This document shows positions 48,119 through 59,958 of a stretch of 64,000 nucleotides of DNA, one piece after another. This DNA is from Anaerolineae bacterium (GTDB taxonomy: Bacteria > Chloroflexota > Anaerolineae > S140-20): positions 1-64,000 of the forward strand of contig JALUTT010000176.1 of NCBI GenBank assembly GCA_027021705.1, given 5' to 3'. The first letter of the stretch is position 1. Every line of letters starts with the position of its first letter. Both the position numbers and the translations under genes were made by a program. The notes beneath the pieces are model-generated. The model saw only the letters and a list, made by a program, of their open reading frames with translations, was not told the origin of the DNA and did no database searches.

Positions 48119-50458
48119 ATGAAAGCCATATCCAAACTCTACGCGCTGACCGCCCTGATCCTGGTGCTCAGCGTCGTGCTGACGGCTTGCGGTGGTGGGG
48201 CGACCCCCACGAAAGCCCCTCAACCGACCAAGCCGCCGGCGGAGAAACCCACCAAAGCGCCGACCGAAGCACCAATGGAGAAGCCGACGGAGGCGCCGGC
48301 GAAGAGGGAGATCGGCAAGATCACCGTTGGTACCAACGCCGAGTACCCGCCCTTCGAGTTCGTGGACGAGAGCGGCAACATCGTCGGCTTCGACATTGAC
48401 CTGATGAAGGCCATTGCCGAGGCGGCGGGCTTCGAGGTCGAGTTCGTCAACACCCGCTGGGACGGCATCTTCGTCGCCCTGGCCTCCGGCGAATTCGACG
48501 CGGTCATCTCGGCGGCGACCATCACCGAGGAGCGCAAGCAGACCGTTGACTTCTCCGATCCCTACTTCAACGCCGGTCAGATCATCGCGGTCCGCGCCGA
48601 CAACACCGACATCAAGGGACCGGAGGACCTGGACGGCAAGGTGGTCGGTGTGCAGCAGGGCACCACGGGCGACATCTGGGTCACCGAGAACACCAAGGCC
48701 GAGGTCAAGCGCTATGATGAGATCACCCTCGCCTTCCAGGCCCTGGCCAACGGCGATGTGGACGCCGTGGTCAACGATGCGCCCACCTCTGCCGACATCA
48801 TCAAGGCCAACCCGGAGATGAACCTGAAGCTCGTGGGCGAGCCCTTCACCGAGGAACTCTACGGCATCGCCGTGCGCAAGGACTTCCCCGAGCTGCTGGA
48901 GGCCATCAACAAGGGATTGGCCGAGGTGAAGGCCAGCGGCAAGTACGACGAGATCTACAACAAGTGGTTCGGCCTGCCGGAGGTGGAGGAGAAGCCGGCC
49001 GAGGCGATGGCCGAGACCATCATCATCGGCACCACCGACAAGGTGACCGACCTTGACCCGGCCAACTCCTACGACTTCCACACCTGGGAGATCCATCACA
49101 ACACGATGGACACCCTGCTCCACTACATCCCCGGCACCACCGACCTGGAGCCCGGCCTGGCCAAGGACTTCCCCGAGGTGAGCGACGACGGGCTGGAGTA
49201 CACCTTCCGTCTCAAAGAAGGGCTCAAGTTCCCCGATGGCACCCCCTTCAACGCCGAAGCGGTGAAGTGGTCCATTGATCGGGTGATGGCCCTGGGCGGC
49301 GATCCCAACTGGCTGGTGACCAGCTTCGTGGACCGCGTCGAGGTGGTGGACGAGTACACCGTCAAGTTCGTCCTCAAGCAGCCGGTCAACTACTTCCCGC
49401 TGCTGGTGGCCACTCAGCCCTACGCCCCCGTCAGCCCCAACTGCTATCCCGAGGACCGGTTCGACTCGGACAGCACCTGCGGCGGCATCGGCCCCTACCT
49501 CATCACCAAGTGGGAGCGGGACGTGGAGCTGGACCTGACGGCCAACCCCGACTACCCCGGCCCGGCCCCCAAGACCAAGAACATCATCGTCAAGTACTTC
49601 GCCGATGCCACGACGATGCGGCTGGCGCTGGAGAACGGCGAGATTGACATCGCCACCAAGACCCTCAACCCCACCGACTACGAGGACCTGCGCCAGAACC
49701 CCGACTTCCAGGTGATCGAAGGGCCTGGTGCGCAGATCCGCTACCTCTGCTTCAACCACACCATTGCGCCCTTCGACAACCCGCTGGTCCGCCAGGCCAT
49801 CGCCTACGCGGTGGATCGGGACGCGGTGGCCAACAAGGCTTTCCTGGGCACCCACCAGCCGCTCTACTCGATGGTCCCGATGGGGATGTGGTCCCACATT
49901 GATGCCTTCCCCAAGCGCGACATCGAGAAGGCCAAGGAGTTGCTCCAGGAGGCCGGCTACAGCGCCGACAACCCGCTGGAGATTGACCTCTGGTGGACCC
50001 CCACCCACTACGGGGACACGGAGGCCGATGTGGCCGCCGTCATCAAGGAGGCCCTGGAGGAGACGGGGATGATCAAGGTCAACCTCCAGAGCGCCGAGTG
50101 GGCCACCTATGTGGACCAGTTCGGCTCGATGGGCTTCTACCTGCTGGGGTGGTACCCCGACTACCTGGATCCCGACAACTACACCACCCCCTTCGCCGAC
50201 TCCGAGGCCTCTAAGGACATCGGCATCTTCTACGCCAGCGAGGAGATGGATGCCTTGCTGAAGGCGGAGCAGGCGGCCACCGATCTGCGCGGTGCAGAGC
50301 GAGAGCAGATCTTCAAGGACATCCAGGAGCTGTGGGCCAAGGACATCCCCACCATCCCGCTGACCCAGGGGACGCTCCTGGTCGCGGCTCAGAAGGACGT
50401 GAAGGGCATCGTCCTCGACACCAATATGCTCTTCCACTACTTCCTGGTCTACAAGTAG
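48119..50458 (+). CDS. Fused substrate-binding lipoprotein: SBP family 3 (polar amino acid) + SBP family 5 (peptide)
   Basis: Lipobox LTAC; VGTNAEYPPFE...GFDIDL...G.YDEIYNKWF, then LDPA...YTFRLKEGLKFPDGTPFNAEAV...GIGPY...GWYPDYLDP. Confidence 0.93.
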   Translation: MKAISKLYALTALILVLSVVLTACGGGATPTKAPQPTKPPAEKPTKAPTEAPMEKPTEAPAKREIGKITVGTNAEYPPFEFVDESGNIVGFDIDLMKAIAEAAGFEVEFVNTRWDGIFVALASGEFDAVISAATITEERKQTVDFSDPYFNAGQIIAVRADNTDIKGPEDLDGKVVGVQQGTTGDIWVTENTKAEVKRYDEITLAFQALANGDVDAVVNDAPTSADIIKANPEMNLKLVGEPFTEELYGIAVRKDFPELLEAINKGLAEVKASGKYDEIYNKWFGLPEVEEKPAEAMAETIIIGTTDKVTDLDPANSYDFHTWEIHHNTMDTLLHYIPGTTDLEPGLAKDFPEVSDDGLEYTFRLKEGLKFPDGTPFNAEAVKWSIDRVMALGGDPNWLVTSFVDRVEVVDEYTVKFVLKQPVNYFPLLVATQPYAPVSPNCYPEDRFDSDSTCGGIGPYLITKWERDVELDLTANPDYPGPAPKTKNIIVKYFADATTMRLALENGEIDIATKTLNPTDYEDLRQNPDFQVIEGPGAQIRYLCFNHTIAPFDNPLVRQAIAYAVDRDAVANKAFLGTHQPLYSMVPMGMWSHIDAFPKRDIEKAKELLQEAGYSADNPLEIDLWWTPTHYGDTEADVAAVIKEALEETGMIKVNLQSAEWATYVDQFGSMGFYLLGWYPDYLDPDNYTTPFADSEASKDIGIFYASEEMDALLKAEQAATDLRGAEREQIFKDIQELWAKDIPTIPLTQGTLLVAAQKDVKGIVLDTNMLFHYFLVYK

Positions 50459-50504
50459 GCGAGCCCATTGCGCCCGTCTGGGTCGCTCTCATCGCAGTCA
50501 ACCG

Positions 50505-50538
50505 CCAGGGGCGGGTCACCGGCCCGCCCCTGGTTTAT
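50505..50538 (+). terminator. GC-rich hairpin with short T tract after the SBP gene
   Basis: CCAGGGGCGGGTC-ACC-GGCCCGCCCCTGG-TTTAT. Confidence 0.6.
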
Positions 50539-50596
50539 GCTCCCTCCCGCAGGTCACGCGGGTGGATGAGACCTGCGAGAGGGTTCCCGGAAGAGG

Positions 50597-51622
50597 ATGG
50601 CTATGCGATCCCTACGTGTCTACATCATCACCCGCATCCTGCTGACCATCCCGATGCTCTTCATCCTGGTGACGCTGGTCTTCTTCATTATGCGGGTGCT
50701 CCCCGGCGACCCGGTGAAGGCCATCATCCGGCCCGGTGCACCCCAGGAGTACATTGACGAGATCCGTCACACATTGGGGCTGGACCGCCCCCTGCTGGTC
50801 CAGTACGTGGACTATCTGGGCGACCTGGTCCGCTTGGACCTGGGCACGACCTTGGCCCCGGTCCGAGGGCGATCGGTGCTCCAGGATTTGAAGGACAAGT
50901 TCCCGGCCACGTTGGAGCTCTCCTTGGCCGCCATCCTCGTCGCCAGCCTCGTCGGGATCTTCACGGGGGTGCAGTCGGCCTACCACCGCCGTTCCACCCT
51001 CGACTACGGCCTTCGCCTCTACTCCATCGTCATCTACACCATACCCGTCTTCTGGCTGGGGCTGATGCTTCAGTTGATCTTCAGCGTGAAGCTGGGCTGG
51101 CTGCCCGTCTACGGGCGAGTGGACACGCTGGACATGGCCCCGCGCACCATCACCGGCCTCTACGTGGTGGACAGCATCCTGACGCGGAACAAGGAGAGCC
51201 TGATCAACAGCCTCCAGCACCTGATCCTGCCGGCCCTCACCCTGGGACTCTACCTGTCGGGGGTCTTCACCCGCCTCACCCGCTCCAACATGCTGGATGT
51301 GCTGCGCCAGGACTTCATCACCGCCGCCCGAGCCCGAGGCATCGCCGAGCGGGCCGTCATCTACCGCCACGCCCTCAAGAACGCCTTCATCCCGGTGCTG
51401 ACGATGATGGGGCTCCAGTTCGCCCTGCTCCTGGCCGGGGCCGTGCTTACCGAGTCCACCTTCACCTGGCCGGGGTTGGGACGCCTCCTGGTGGAGCGGA
51501 TCGAGTATCGGGACTTCCCGACCGTCCAGGGGGCCGTCGTCTTCTTCGCCCTCCTGGTCTCCCTGGTGAGCCTGATCGTGGACATCATCTACGCCTATCT
51601 GGACCCCCGCATCCGTTACTGA
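50597..51622 (+). CDS. dppB: Peptide ABC permease DppB-like
   Basis: LPGDP, LGLDRPL..QY, FPATLEL, TAARARG, YLDPRIRY. Confidence 0.92.
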   Translation: MAMRSLRVYIITRILLTIPMLFILVTLVFFIMRVLPGDPVKAIIRPGAPQEYIDEIRHTLGLDRPLLVQYVDYLGDLVRLDLGTTLAPVRGRSVLQDLKDKFPATLELSLAAILVASLVGIFTGVQSAYHRRSTLDYGLRLYSIVIYTIPVFWLGLMLQLIFSVKLGWLPVYGRVDTLDMAPRTITGLYVVDSILTRNKESLINSLQHLILPALTLGLYLSGVFTRLTRSNMLDVLRQDFITAARARGIAERAVIYRHALKNAFIPVLTMMGLQFALLLAGAVLTESTFTWPGLGRLLVERIEYRDFPTVQGAVVFFALLVSLVSLIVDIIYAYLDPRIRY

Positions 51623-51659
51623 CCACAACACGCAACACGTAACACGCCACACGCCCCTT

Positions 51660-52838
51660 ATGGCTGAACAAACCCTCACCCTCGAACAACCCTGGGAAGA
51701 CGTTGGACTCCTGCGCCGCATCTGGCGAGGCCGTCGCTGGTACGGTGCGGAGTGGTACATCACCGTCGCCGGAGGGGTCCTCCTGACCCTCATCCTCCTG
51801 ATGACCTTCCTGGCCCCCGTCCTGGCCCCCTTTGATCCCATCAAGACGGTGGGAGGGCGCTTCACGCCCCCTGGCGGGGGAAAGCAATGGCTCATCGCCG
51901 AGGCCGAGAACGAGGCCATCCAGAGGCCGGAGGACCTGGCCGGCCGCAAGGTGGGCGTCCTGCCGGATACCACCGGAGAAGTACTGGCCGAAGAGCTGGG
52001 AGCCGAAGTCGTCTACTACCCCTCGATGCTCAAAGCCTTCCAGGGGCTGACGCGCCGTCGGCCAGAAGTGGAAGCGCTTATCGTGGAGCCCGAAGCTGCG
52101 GGCAACTTTATGAAGACCTACGGACGCTTCGTGCGTCAGGTCGGTCCGCCCTTCGGCCCCACCTTCGTCCTGGGAACCGACAACCTGGGGCGGGACATCC
52201 TCAGCCGGATCATCTGGGGAGCCCGCTCGGTCCTCCTGGTGGCCATCCTTTCCGCCCTCTTCTCCAGCGTCGTCGGCGTCCCCCTGGGGCTCCTCTCCGG
52301 CTTCTGGGGGGGCAAGCTGGACCGGGTGCTCTCCTTGGTGATGGACAGCATCTACTCCTTCCCCGGCCTCATCCTGGCCATCGCGATGGCAGCGATGCTG
52401 GGGCCGGGGGTGCTGAACATCGCCGTCGCCATCGCCGTCGTCTACATCCCCACCTACTTCCGCATCGTGCGCGGCCAGACCCTCTCGGTCAAAGAGGAGC
52501 TCTACGTTGAGGCGGCCCGCAGCCTGGGAGCCAGAGCCCGCACCATCCTGTGGCTCTACGTCTTCCCCAACGTCATCCCCTCCATCGTCGTCCTCTTCTC
52601 CCTCAACGTGGCCGACAGCATCCTGACCGAGGCGGGACTGAGCTTCCTGGGGTTGGGGCTTCCCCCGCCCACCCCCGACTGGGGGTTCGACCTGAACAAA
52701 GGGAAAGCCTACCTGCCCAACGGCTACTGGTGGCCCATCACCTTCCCCGGCCTGATGATCACCCTGGTCGCCCTAAGCTTCAGCCTGCTGGGCGAGGGGC
52801 TGGGCGAGATCCTGAACCCTCGGCTCACGGAGTCGTAA
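51660..52838 (+). CDS. dppC: Peptide ABC permease DppC-like with an inserted SBP3 lobe
   Basis: LAPFDP, LGTDNLGRDILSR, YVEAARSLGA, EAGLSFLGLG; ~90-aa insertion before LGTD. Confidence 0.92.
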   Translation: MAEQTLTLEQPWEDVGLLRRIWRGRRWYGAEWYITVAGGVLLTLILLMTFLAPVLAPFDPIKTVGGRFTPPGGGKQWLIAEAENEAIQRPEDLAGRKVGVLPDTTGEVLAEELGAEVVYYPSMLKAFQGLTRRRPEVEALIVEPEAAGNFMKTYGRFVRQVGPPFGPTFVLGTDNLGRDILSRIIWGARSVLLVAILSALFSSVVGVPLGLLSGFWGGKLDRVLSLVMDSIYSFPGLILAIAMAAMLGPGVLNIAVAIAVVYIPTYFRIVRGQTLSVKEELYVEAARSLGARARTILWLYVFPNVIPSIVVLFSLNVADSILTEAGLSFLGLGLPPPTPDWGFDLNKGKAYLPNGYWWPITFPGLMITLVALSFSLLGEGLGEILNPRLTES

Positions 52839-53005
52839 GGGGGTGACCGAAAACCGTTGGAGGCCGTAGGGTAGAAACGCAGTGCCGTTGTGCCTCCACA
52901 CTTCAACATTGCATTCGAGTTGTAAGGGCCTTGCCCGCCCTGAACCATCGTTGTATACTTTAGGCAGATGACTTATAAGTCAGTTGACTGAATCCTGGGG
53001 GTATT

Positions 53006-54667
53006 GTGTTCGCCTTCTACCCTGCTTATCTGCGGGAGCGCTTCACAAACCGCACCTATGAACTGGCTTTCCTGGAGCGGGTCGCCGAAGACCTGCGACG
53101 GGGACAACCCCGTCACGTGGCGATCTTTGGCCTGCGGCGCATCGGCAAGACGGTCTTGTGTCAGGAACAGGCATCGCGTTTGCTCTCCCAGGGAGACCTC
53201 GCTCCCGTCTACCTGGACCTGGAGGAACTCTGTACAGCGCCGGAGATCTTCGCCCAACGCTACATTGGTCTGACCTGCTTCTGGGTTCTGACCGGAGCCA
53301 AGGGGCCCATTGACCCTTATCTCACAGTGGAAGGCCTGCTGGAGACCCAGGCGGTCGAGGTTCCCTTAGTCGCCCGGACGGCCGGGAGCATCACCCAGGC
53401 GCTCAGCCGCAGCCGGCCCGACTACGCCGCCCTCCTCAAGCTGGCCTTCGACTTTCCCGACCACCTGGCTCAGGCCGTTGGCCGCCCCCTGATCTGCTTT
53501 CTCGACGAGTTCCCCGAGCTGTCCAGCCTGAGCAACTTTCCCGGCGTGGGAGATCCCCTCCAGCACTTCCGTGCTGCGCTGCAGCGGCAATCCTATGTGA
53601 GCTATGTCATCACCGGCTCGGCCATCACGGTGATGGAACGGCTTATCCGCCATCACGAGTCTCCCCTGTTCCTCCAATTCCGCACCCTGGAACTGCGGCC
53701 TTTCACCGAGGAAGATACCAAGGCTTTGTTGGAGAAGCTGATCGGCCCGCTGGCCCCGGACGCCCAGGCAGCGGTTCACCGCTACACCTTCGGCCATCCT
53801 TTCTACATCACGGTGCTGGCCGAGCGGCTGCGAGAGCTGGTACCCGAGGCCCCCGAAGGGGTGAACCGCTCCCACGTGCAGCATGCCTTCCTGCTGGAGA
53901 CCCTCTCGCGCCAGGGCCAGATCTACAGTTACTGCCGCTATCTGTATGATATCTCTCTGCAGAAGGCCCGGGGTTACGGGCTCCTGAAGGCGCTCCTCCA
54001 AGTATTGGCCGAGGAAGAGGGGCTCACCCTCTCCGAAACAGCCCGCCGGCTGCGACGGCAAGCCTCGGCAACCCGGGAGTACTTACGCTGGTTGATGGAG
54101 GTGGACCTGATTATCGAGGAGGACGGGCGATACTACTACCGGGATCCTGTGCTCCGCTTCTGGGTGGCCTACACCAGCCGGGGGATTGAGGTTGACCTCT
54201 TTCCGCGACGGGAGGAACTGGAAGGACTGATCGCCGACTTGCAGGAGCGTTTCCAGCGGGTCTCCACGCAGTTGGGACGGGCCAAGGAGAGCGAGGTGCG
54301 GGAACTGCTGCGGAGGATGGCCGGACAGACCGTGGATGGGGCACTTTTGGGCCGGGCCGGCCCTCTGCACATCCCTAAGTTTGTCCGTGTCGAGCCCTAT
54401 CGCTCCTCAGATGGCCGGATTGAGATAGACGCCTTGGCCGAGAACGATGAGCGGTGGATCGTTGAGGTAAAGTGGCGACGGAGGCGGGTGGGACAAAAGG
54501 AACTGAAACGCCTCTTGGAACTGGCAGAGCAGTTTCAGGCCCGGCCCTGGTGTATCTCCCAGGCCGGCTTCACTCCAGAAGCCATCGCTTACGCTGAGCA
54601 TCACGGCATCCTGCTCAGTGATGGCCACGATCTGGCTGCCTTAGAACGGGCCGTCTTGGCCAGATAG
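53006..54667 (+). CDS. Archaeal-type ATPase with wHTH and C-terminal PD-(D/E)XK (DUF234/Mrr-like) domain
   Basis: FTNRTYEL, GLRRIGKT, LDEFP, GHPFY, EIDAL...VEVKW...SQAGFT; own promoter TTGCCC-N17-TATACT at 52931-52959. Confidence 0.85.
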   Translation: MFAFYPAYLRERFTNRTYELAFLERVAEDLRRGQPRHVAIFGLRRIGKTVLCQEQASRLLSQGDLAPVYLDLEELCTAPEIFAQRYIGLTCFWVLTGAKGPIDPYLTVEGLLETQAVEVPLVARTAGSITQALSRSRPDYAALLKLAFDFPDHLAQAVGRPLICFLDEFPELSSLSNFPGVGDPLQHFRAALQRQSYVSYVITGSAITVMERLIRHHESPLFLQFRTLELRPFTEEDTKALLEKLIGPLAPDAQAAVHRYTFGHPFYITVLAERLRELVPEAPEGVNRSHVQHAFLLETLSRQGQIYSYCRYLYDISLQKARGYGLLKALLQVLAEEEGLTLSETARRLRRQASATREYLRWLMEVDLIIEEDGRYYYRDPVLRFWVAYTSRGIEVDLFPRREELEGLIADLQERFQRVSTQLGRAKESEVRELLRRMAGQTVDGALLGRAGPLHIPKFVRVEPYRSSDGRIEIDALAENDERWIVEVKWRRRRVGQKELKRLLELAEQFQARPWCISQAGFTPEAIAYAEHHGILLSDGHDLAALERAVLAR

Positions 54668-54734
54668 TAACGGCTCAGGGGCGTCGCACCTCTGCCAATC
54701 CAGACAACTCAAGGACCTCTTCGAGATTCAACCT

Positions 54735-55715
<981 letters not shown>

Positions 55716-55718
55716 GCT

Positions 55719-56711
55719 ATGCAGAACGGTTACTTGGTCGAAGTTCAGAGCCTGAAGAAGTGGTTCCCCGTTCAGCAGAGCTTCCTCGAAAACCTCCTCT
55801 CCCGGCGGAAAGAGTTCGTGCGGGCCGTGGATGGGGTGAGCTTCGCCATCCGGCGGGGGGAGGTCTTCGGGTTGGCCGGCGAGAGTGGTAGCGGCAAGAC
55901 GACGACGGGGCGGCTGATCCTCCGCCTCATCGAGCCCACCGAGGGCCAGATCCGCTTCGACGGCATCGAGATCACCTCCCTTCCGCCGGAGGAGATGCGC
56001 CGGCTACGCCGTCGGATGCAGGTCATCTTCCAGGACCCCTTCGCCTCGCTCAACCCCCGGATGAAGATCGGCGACGCCATCGGCCACGGGCTGGTGATCC
56101 ACGGCCTGGCCCAGGGAGAGGCGAAGCGGGAGGCCGTGCTGGAGATGATGGAAAAGGTGGGGCTAACGCCGGCGGCCATCCTCTACGAGAAGTACCCCCA
56201 CCAACTCTCCGGCGGCCAGCGCCAGCGGGCCGTCATCGCCCGGGCTCTGGTCACCCATCCCGACCTGGTCGTGGCCGATGAGCCCATCGCGATGGCCGAC
56301 GTCTCGGTCCGGGCGATGCTCCTGGAGCTGATGCGCCAGCTCAAGGAGGAGTTTCACCTCACCTACCTCTTCATCACCCACGACCTGGCCACAGCCAAGT
56401 ACATCTGCGACCGCATCGCGGTGATGTACCTGGGCAAGATTGTCGAGGTGGGGTCCCTGGAACAAGTCTACCGCAGCCCCGTGCACCCCTACACCGAAGC
56501 GCTCCTGGCGGCGGTCCCCGTCCCCGACCCCCGGGCGCGGAGGACGACGCCGATCCCCAAAGGCGAGATCCCCAACCCCATCAACCCACCCCCGGGCTGC
56601 CGCTTCCATCCCCGCTGTCCTCTGGCCGAGCCGGTCTGCAGCCAAGAAGAGCCCACCTTGATTGAGGTCGAAGCGGGCCACGCCGTCGCCTGCCACGTCC
56701 GCACCCGCTGA
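55719..56711 (+). CDS. dppF: Peptide ABC ATPase DppF-like
   Basis: [36 protein letters not shown]...VACH. Confidence 0.93.
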   Translation: MQNGYLVEVQSLKKWFPVQQSFLENLLSRRKEFVRAVDGVSFAIRRGEVFGLAGESGSGKTTTGRLILRLIEPTEGQIRFDGIEITSLPPEEMRRLRRRMQVIFQDPFASLNPRMKIGDAIGHGLVIHGLAQGEAKREAVLEMMEKVGLTPAAILYEKYPHQLSGGQRQRAVIARALVTHPDLVVADEPIAMADVSVRAMLLELMRQLKEEFHLTYLFITHDLATAKYICDRIAVMYLGKIVEVGSLEQVYRSPVHPYTEALLAAVPVPDPRARRTTPIPKGEIPNPINPPPGCRFHPRCPLAEPVCSQEEPTLIEVEAGHAVACHVRTR

Positions 56712-56786
56712 CCTGCCTTTGACAGATTGGGGATTCCGAGGTATAAAGGAAGCCATCGGCGGGCCAAAGCGATCAGGAGGACAAGG

Positions 56787-57197
56787 ATGGAAAGCGAGGA
56801 AAAGGAAGCACTGCGGGAGATGATCCGGGAGACCGTCTACGAGGTCCTGGAGCCCTTCGTCGCCCAGATGAGCCGCGACTACGAGGAGACCCGCCGGTGG
56901 ATGCGCTCGATGGAAGAGCGGATGAGCTCGATGGAGGCACGGATAGAGCGCATCGAGGCCCGGCTGACCAGCCTGGAGCGGCGCGTCTCCCGCCTCGAAG
57001 ACGAGGTGTGGGAGATCAAGACGACGCTCCGCTCCTTGGAACAGCTCCTCGTCGAGCGAGGAGTCATCCAGCCTGAAGCGATCCCCCACGAACGCTGGGC
57101 CACCTTCCAGGAGCTCCGCCAATTGGAACAACGGGTCACTCAGTTGGAGATCGCCGTCTTCCATCAGGCCGATGGCCAGGCCGAAGAAGAGGCCTGA
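56787..57197 (+). CDS. Hypothetical coiled-coil protein
   Basis: AGGAGG RBS, heptad repeats, own promoter TTGACA-N17-TATAAA at 56719-56747. Confidence 0.75.
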   Translation: MESEEKEALREMIRETVYEVLEPFVAQMSRDYEETRRWMRSMEERMSSMEARIERIEARLTSLERRVSRLEDEVWEIKTTLRSLEQLLVERGVIQPEAIPHERWATFQELRQLEQRVTQLEIAVFHQADGQAEEEA

Positions 57198-57278
57198 AGG
57201 CACGACAGCGCTCCCGGTTCGTCCTGGGACCACCATCCGTATCCCCCCTTCCCATGCTCAACGCAGAGGTGAGAGGCC

Positions 57279-58133
57279 ATGACCGTTCGAGAGGGAACCC
57301 GCCCCAAGTCCGTCGGAGGCGCGCTGGTAGATTGGCTGGCCGAAGTCCCCTGGTGGGTGGTCATCATCATTGTGCTGATCACCCTCTTCGTGGGCAGAAT
57401 TCTCACCAGCCCCCAGGAACGGGAGCTCTACTGGAAAGCCCTCCAGTTCGTCACCGCCTGCCCTCAGGGGCAGGAGACCTGCGCCGTGTGGGACCGCATC
57501 GGGGTGATGCTCACCCTCAAGGCGACGGTGGTGGGCTATGCGCTGGCCCTGGTGCTGGGCCTGATCGGGGGGCTCTTCCGGGTCTCCAAGAACCCCGTCA
57601 CCTACGCCATCTCCACCCTCTACGTTGAGGTGGTGCGGGGCATCCCCCTGCTGGTTATCATTATGTACGCCGGTTACGTCATCACGCCGGCCCTACGCGA
57701 TGCCACCAACCAGCAAGTGGACCTACGGGGCTTCCCCTCGGCGGTGCTGGGGCTGGCCTTTGGCTACGGAGCCTACCTGGCCGAGGTCTTCCGGGCCGGC
57801 ATTGAGTCCATCCCCAAGGGCCAGATGGAAGCCGCCCGCTCCTTGGGGATGAGCTACCCCCAGGCGATGCGCTACGTCATCCTCCCGCAGGCGATCCGGG
57901 TTATCCTGCCTCCTCTGGGCAACAACTTCATCGCCATGCTCAAGGACTCCTCCCTCATCTCCGTCATCGCCCTGCCCGACCTGCTCCAGCAGGGACGGCT
58001 CTTCGTCTCCCGCACCTTTCGGGCCTTCGAAGGGTACAACACGGTGGCCCTGCTCTACCTCCTGATGACCTTGATCTTGTCCATCATCGTCCGCCTGATC
58101 GAGCGGAAGTCGGCGTTGCCAGGGCGCTTGTGA
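57279..58133 (+). CDS. Polar amino acid ABC permease (HisM/GlnP family)
   Basis: YVEVVRGIPLLV, AYLAEVFRAGIESIPKGQMEAARSLG, LKDSSL. Confidence 0.95.
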   Translation: MTVREGTRPKSVGGALVDWLAEVPWWVVIIIVLITLFVGRILTSPQERELYWKALQFVTACPQGQETCAVWDRIGVMLTLKATVVGYALALVLGLIGGLFRVSKNPVTYAISTLYVEVVRGIPLLVIIMYAGYVITPALRDATNQQVDLRGFPSAVLGLAFGYGAYLAEVFRAGIESIPKGQMEAARSLGMSYPQAMRYVILPQAIRVILPPLGNNFIAMLKDSSLISVIALPDLLQQGRLFVSRTFRAFEGYNTVALLYLLMTLILSIIVRLIERKSALPGRL

Positions 58134-58151
58134 GGATAGGAGGGCTGTGCA

Positions 58152-58889
<738 letters not shown>

Positions 58890-58899
58890 GAGAGAGGCG

Positions 58900-59838
58900 G
58901 TGACAGAGCATACCCTTTTCGACCGCGTGCTCAAGCTCCTGGCCCGCAACCACGCCGAAGCGTTTCTCCGGCTGGCCTTCCCCAGCAGGCCGGTGCGGTT
59001 GGTCGGCACGGTGGAGAACGTGGAGATAGACCTGCCGGCCCAGCGGGTTGACTTCGTCCACCAGATTGAGGACGACGGCGTCCTGAAGCTCTTCCACCTG
59101 GAGTTCCAGACCCACCACGAGCCGAGCCTACCGGAGCGGCTCTTCGTATACTCAGGCGCGCTCACCCGCCGCTTCGGGCGGGAAGTGCTGACGTTGGTCC
59201 TCTACCTGGAGCGGCGACGGAACCTGCCACCAGGCGTCTACGAGACACGGCTGGGGGACCTGGTGGTGAACCGTTTCACCTACCCGACGGTGGGGTTGTG
59301 GGAACACGAAGATCGGATTCGGAGTGGCGAATTGCGGGAGCTGGCACCGCTCCTGGTTGCCATCGCTAAGGAGCGGGACAAAGCGGTCCTAGAGACAGAG
59401 CGAACGCTGATCCTGCAGGAACAGGACGAGAAGCGGCGGGCAGACCTGATCGCGGCCGCGGTGACGGTGGCCAGCCGCTACTTCGAGCGGGATTTCCTGT
59501 GGGACTTCTTCCGCGAGGAGGTGGAGCTGATGCGCGAGGCGAGTTTTATCGAAGAATGGATCGAGGAGGGCATCCAGAAGGGAATCCAAAAGGGGATCCA
59601 GCAGGGGCTACAACAAGGACTACAGCAAGGACTACTTAAGGGGCGGCGGGAGGACATTATGAACCTCCTGATGGCCCGCTTCGACCTTTCCTACCGACAG
59701 GGCAAAGCCCTGGAGGACCGCCTGAAGGCCATCGAAGACCCCGATCGCCTGAGCGACCTGGTGATCCTGGCCGCCCAGGTAGAGAGCGTGGAGGCTTTTC
59801 TAGACCAGCTTCCCCCCTTGGACAAGACCCTCTCCTGA
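58900..59838 (+). CDS. Rpn/YhgA-like PD-(D/E)XK putative nuclease
   Basis: FDRVLK, RVDFV...HLEFQT, C-terminal (GIQK/GLQQ)n repeat and helical tail. Confidence 0.8.
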   Translation: MTEHTLFDRVLKLLARNHAEAFLRLAFPSRPVRLVGTVENVEIDLPAQRVDFVHQIEDDGVLKLFHLEFQTHHEPSLPERLFVYSGALTRRFGREVLTLVLYLERRRNLPPGVYETRLGDLVVNRFTYPTVGLWEHEDRIRSGELRELAPLLVAIAKERDKAVLETERTLILQEQDEKRRADLIAAAVTVASRYFERDFLWDFFREEVELMREASFIEEWIEEGIQKGIQKGIQQGLQQGLQQGLLKGRREDIMNLLMARFDLSYRQGKALEDRLKAIEDPDRLSDLVILAAQVESVEAFLDQLPPLDKTLS

Positions 59839-59958
59839 AGGTGCCGGGTCTCCCCCTGGTGTGAGGAACATCACCCGGAAGAGGCGAGGGTTGCCACTTG
59901 CCTTCGGCTCCTCGGCCCGGTAGGCTGGAGGAGGAGAAACGGGAAAGGATTGGGGAAG

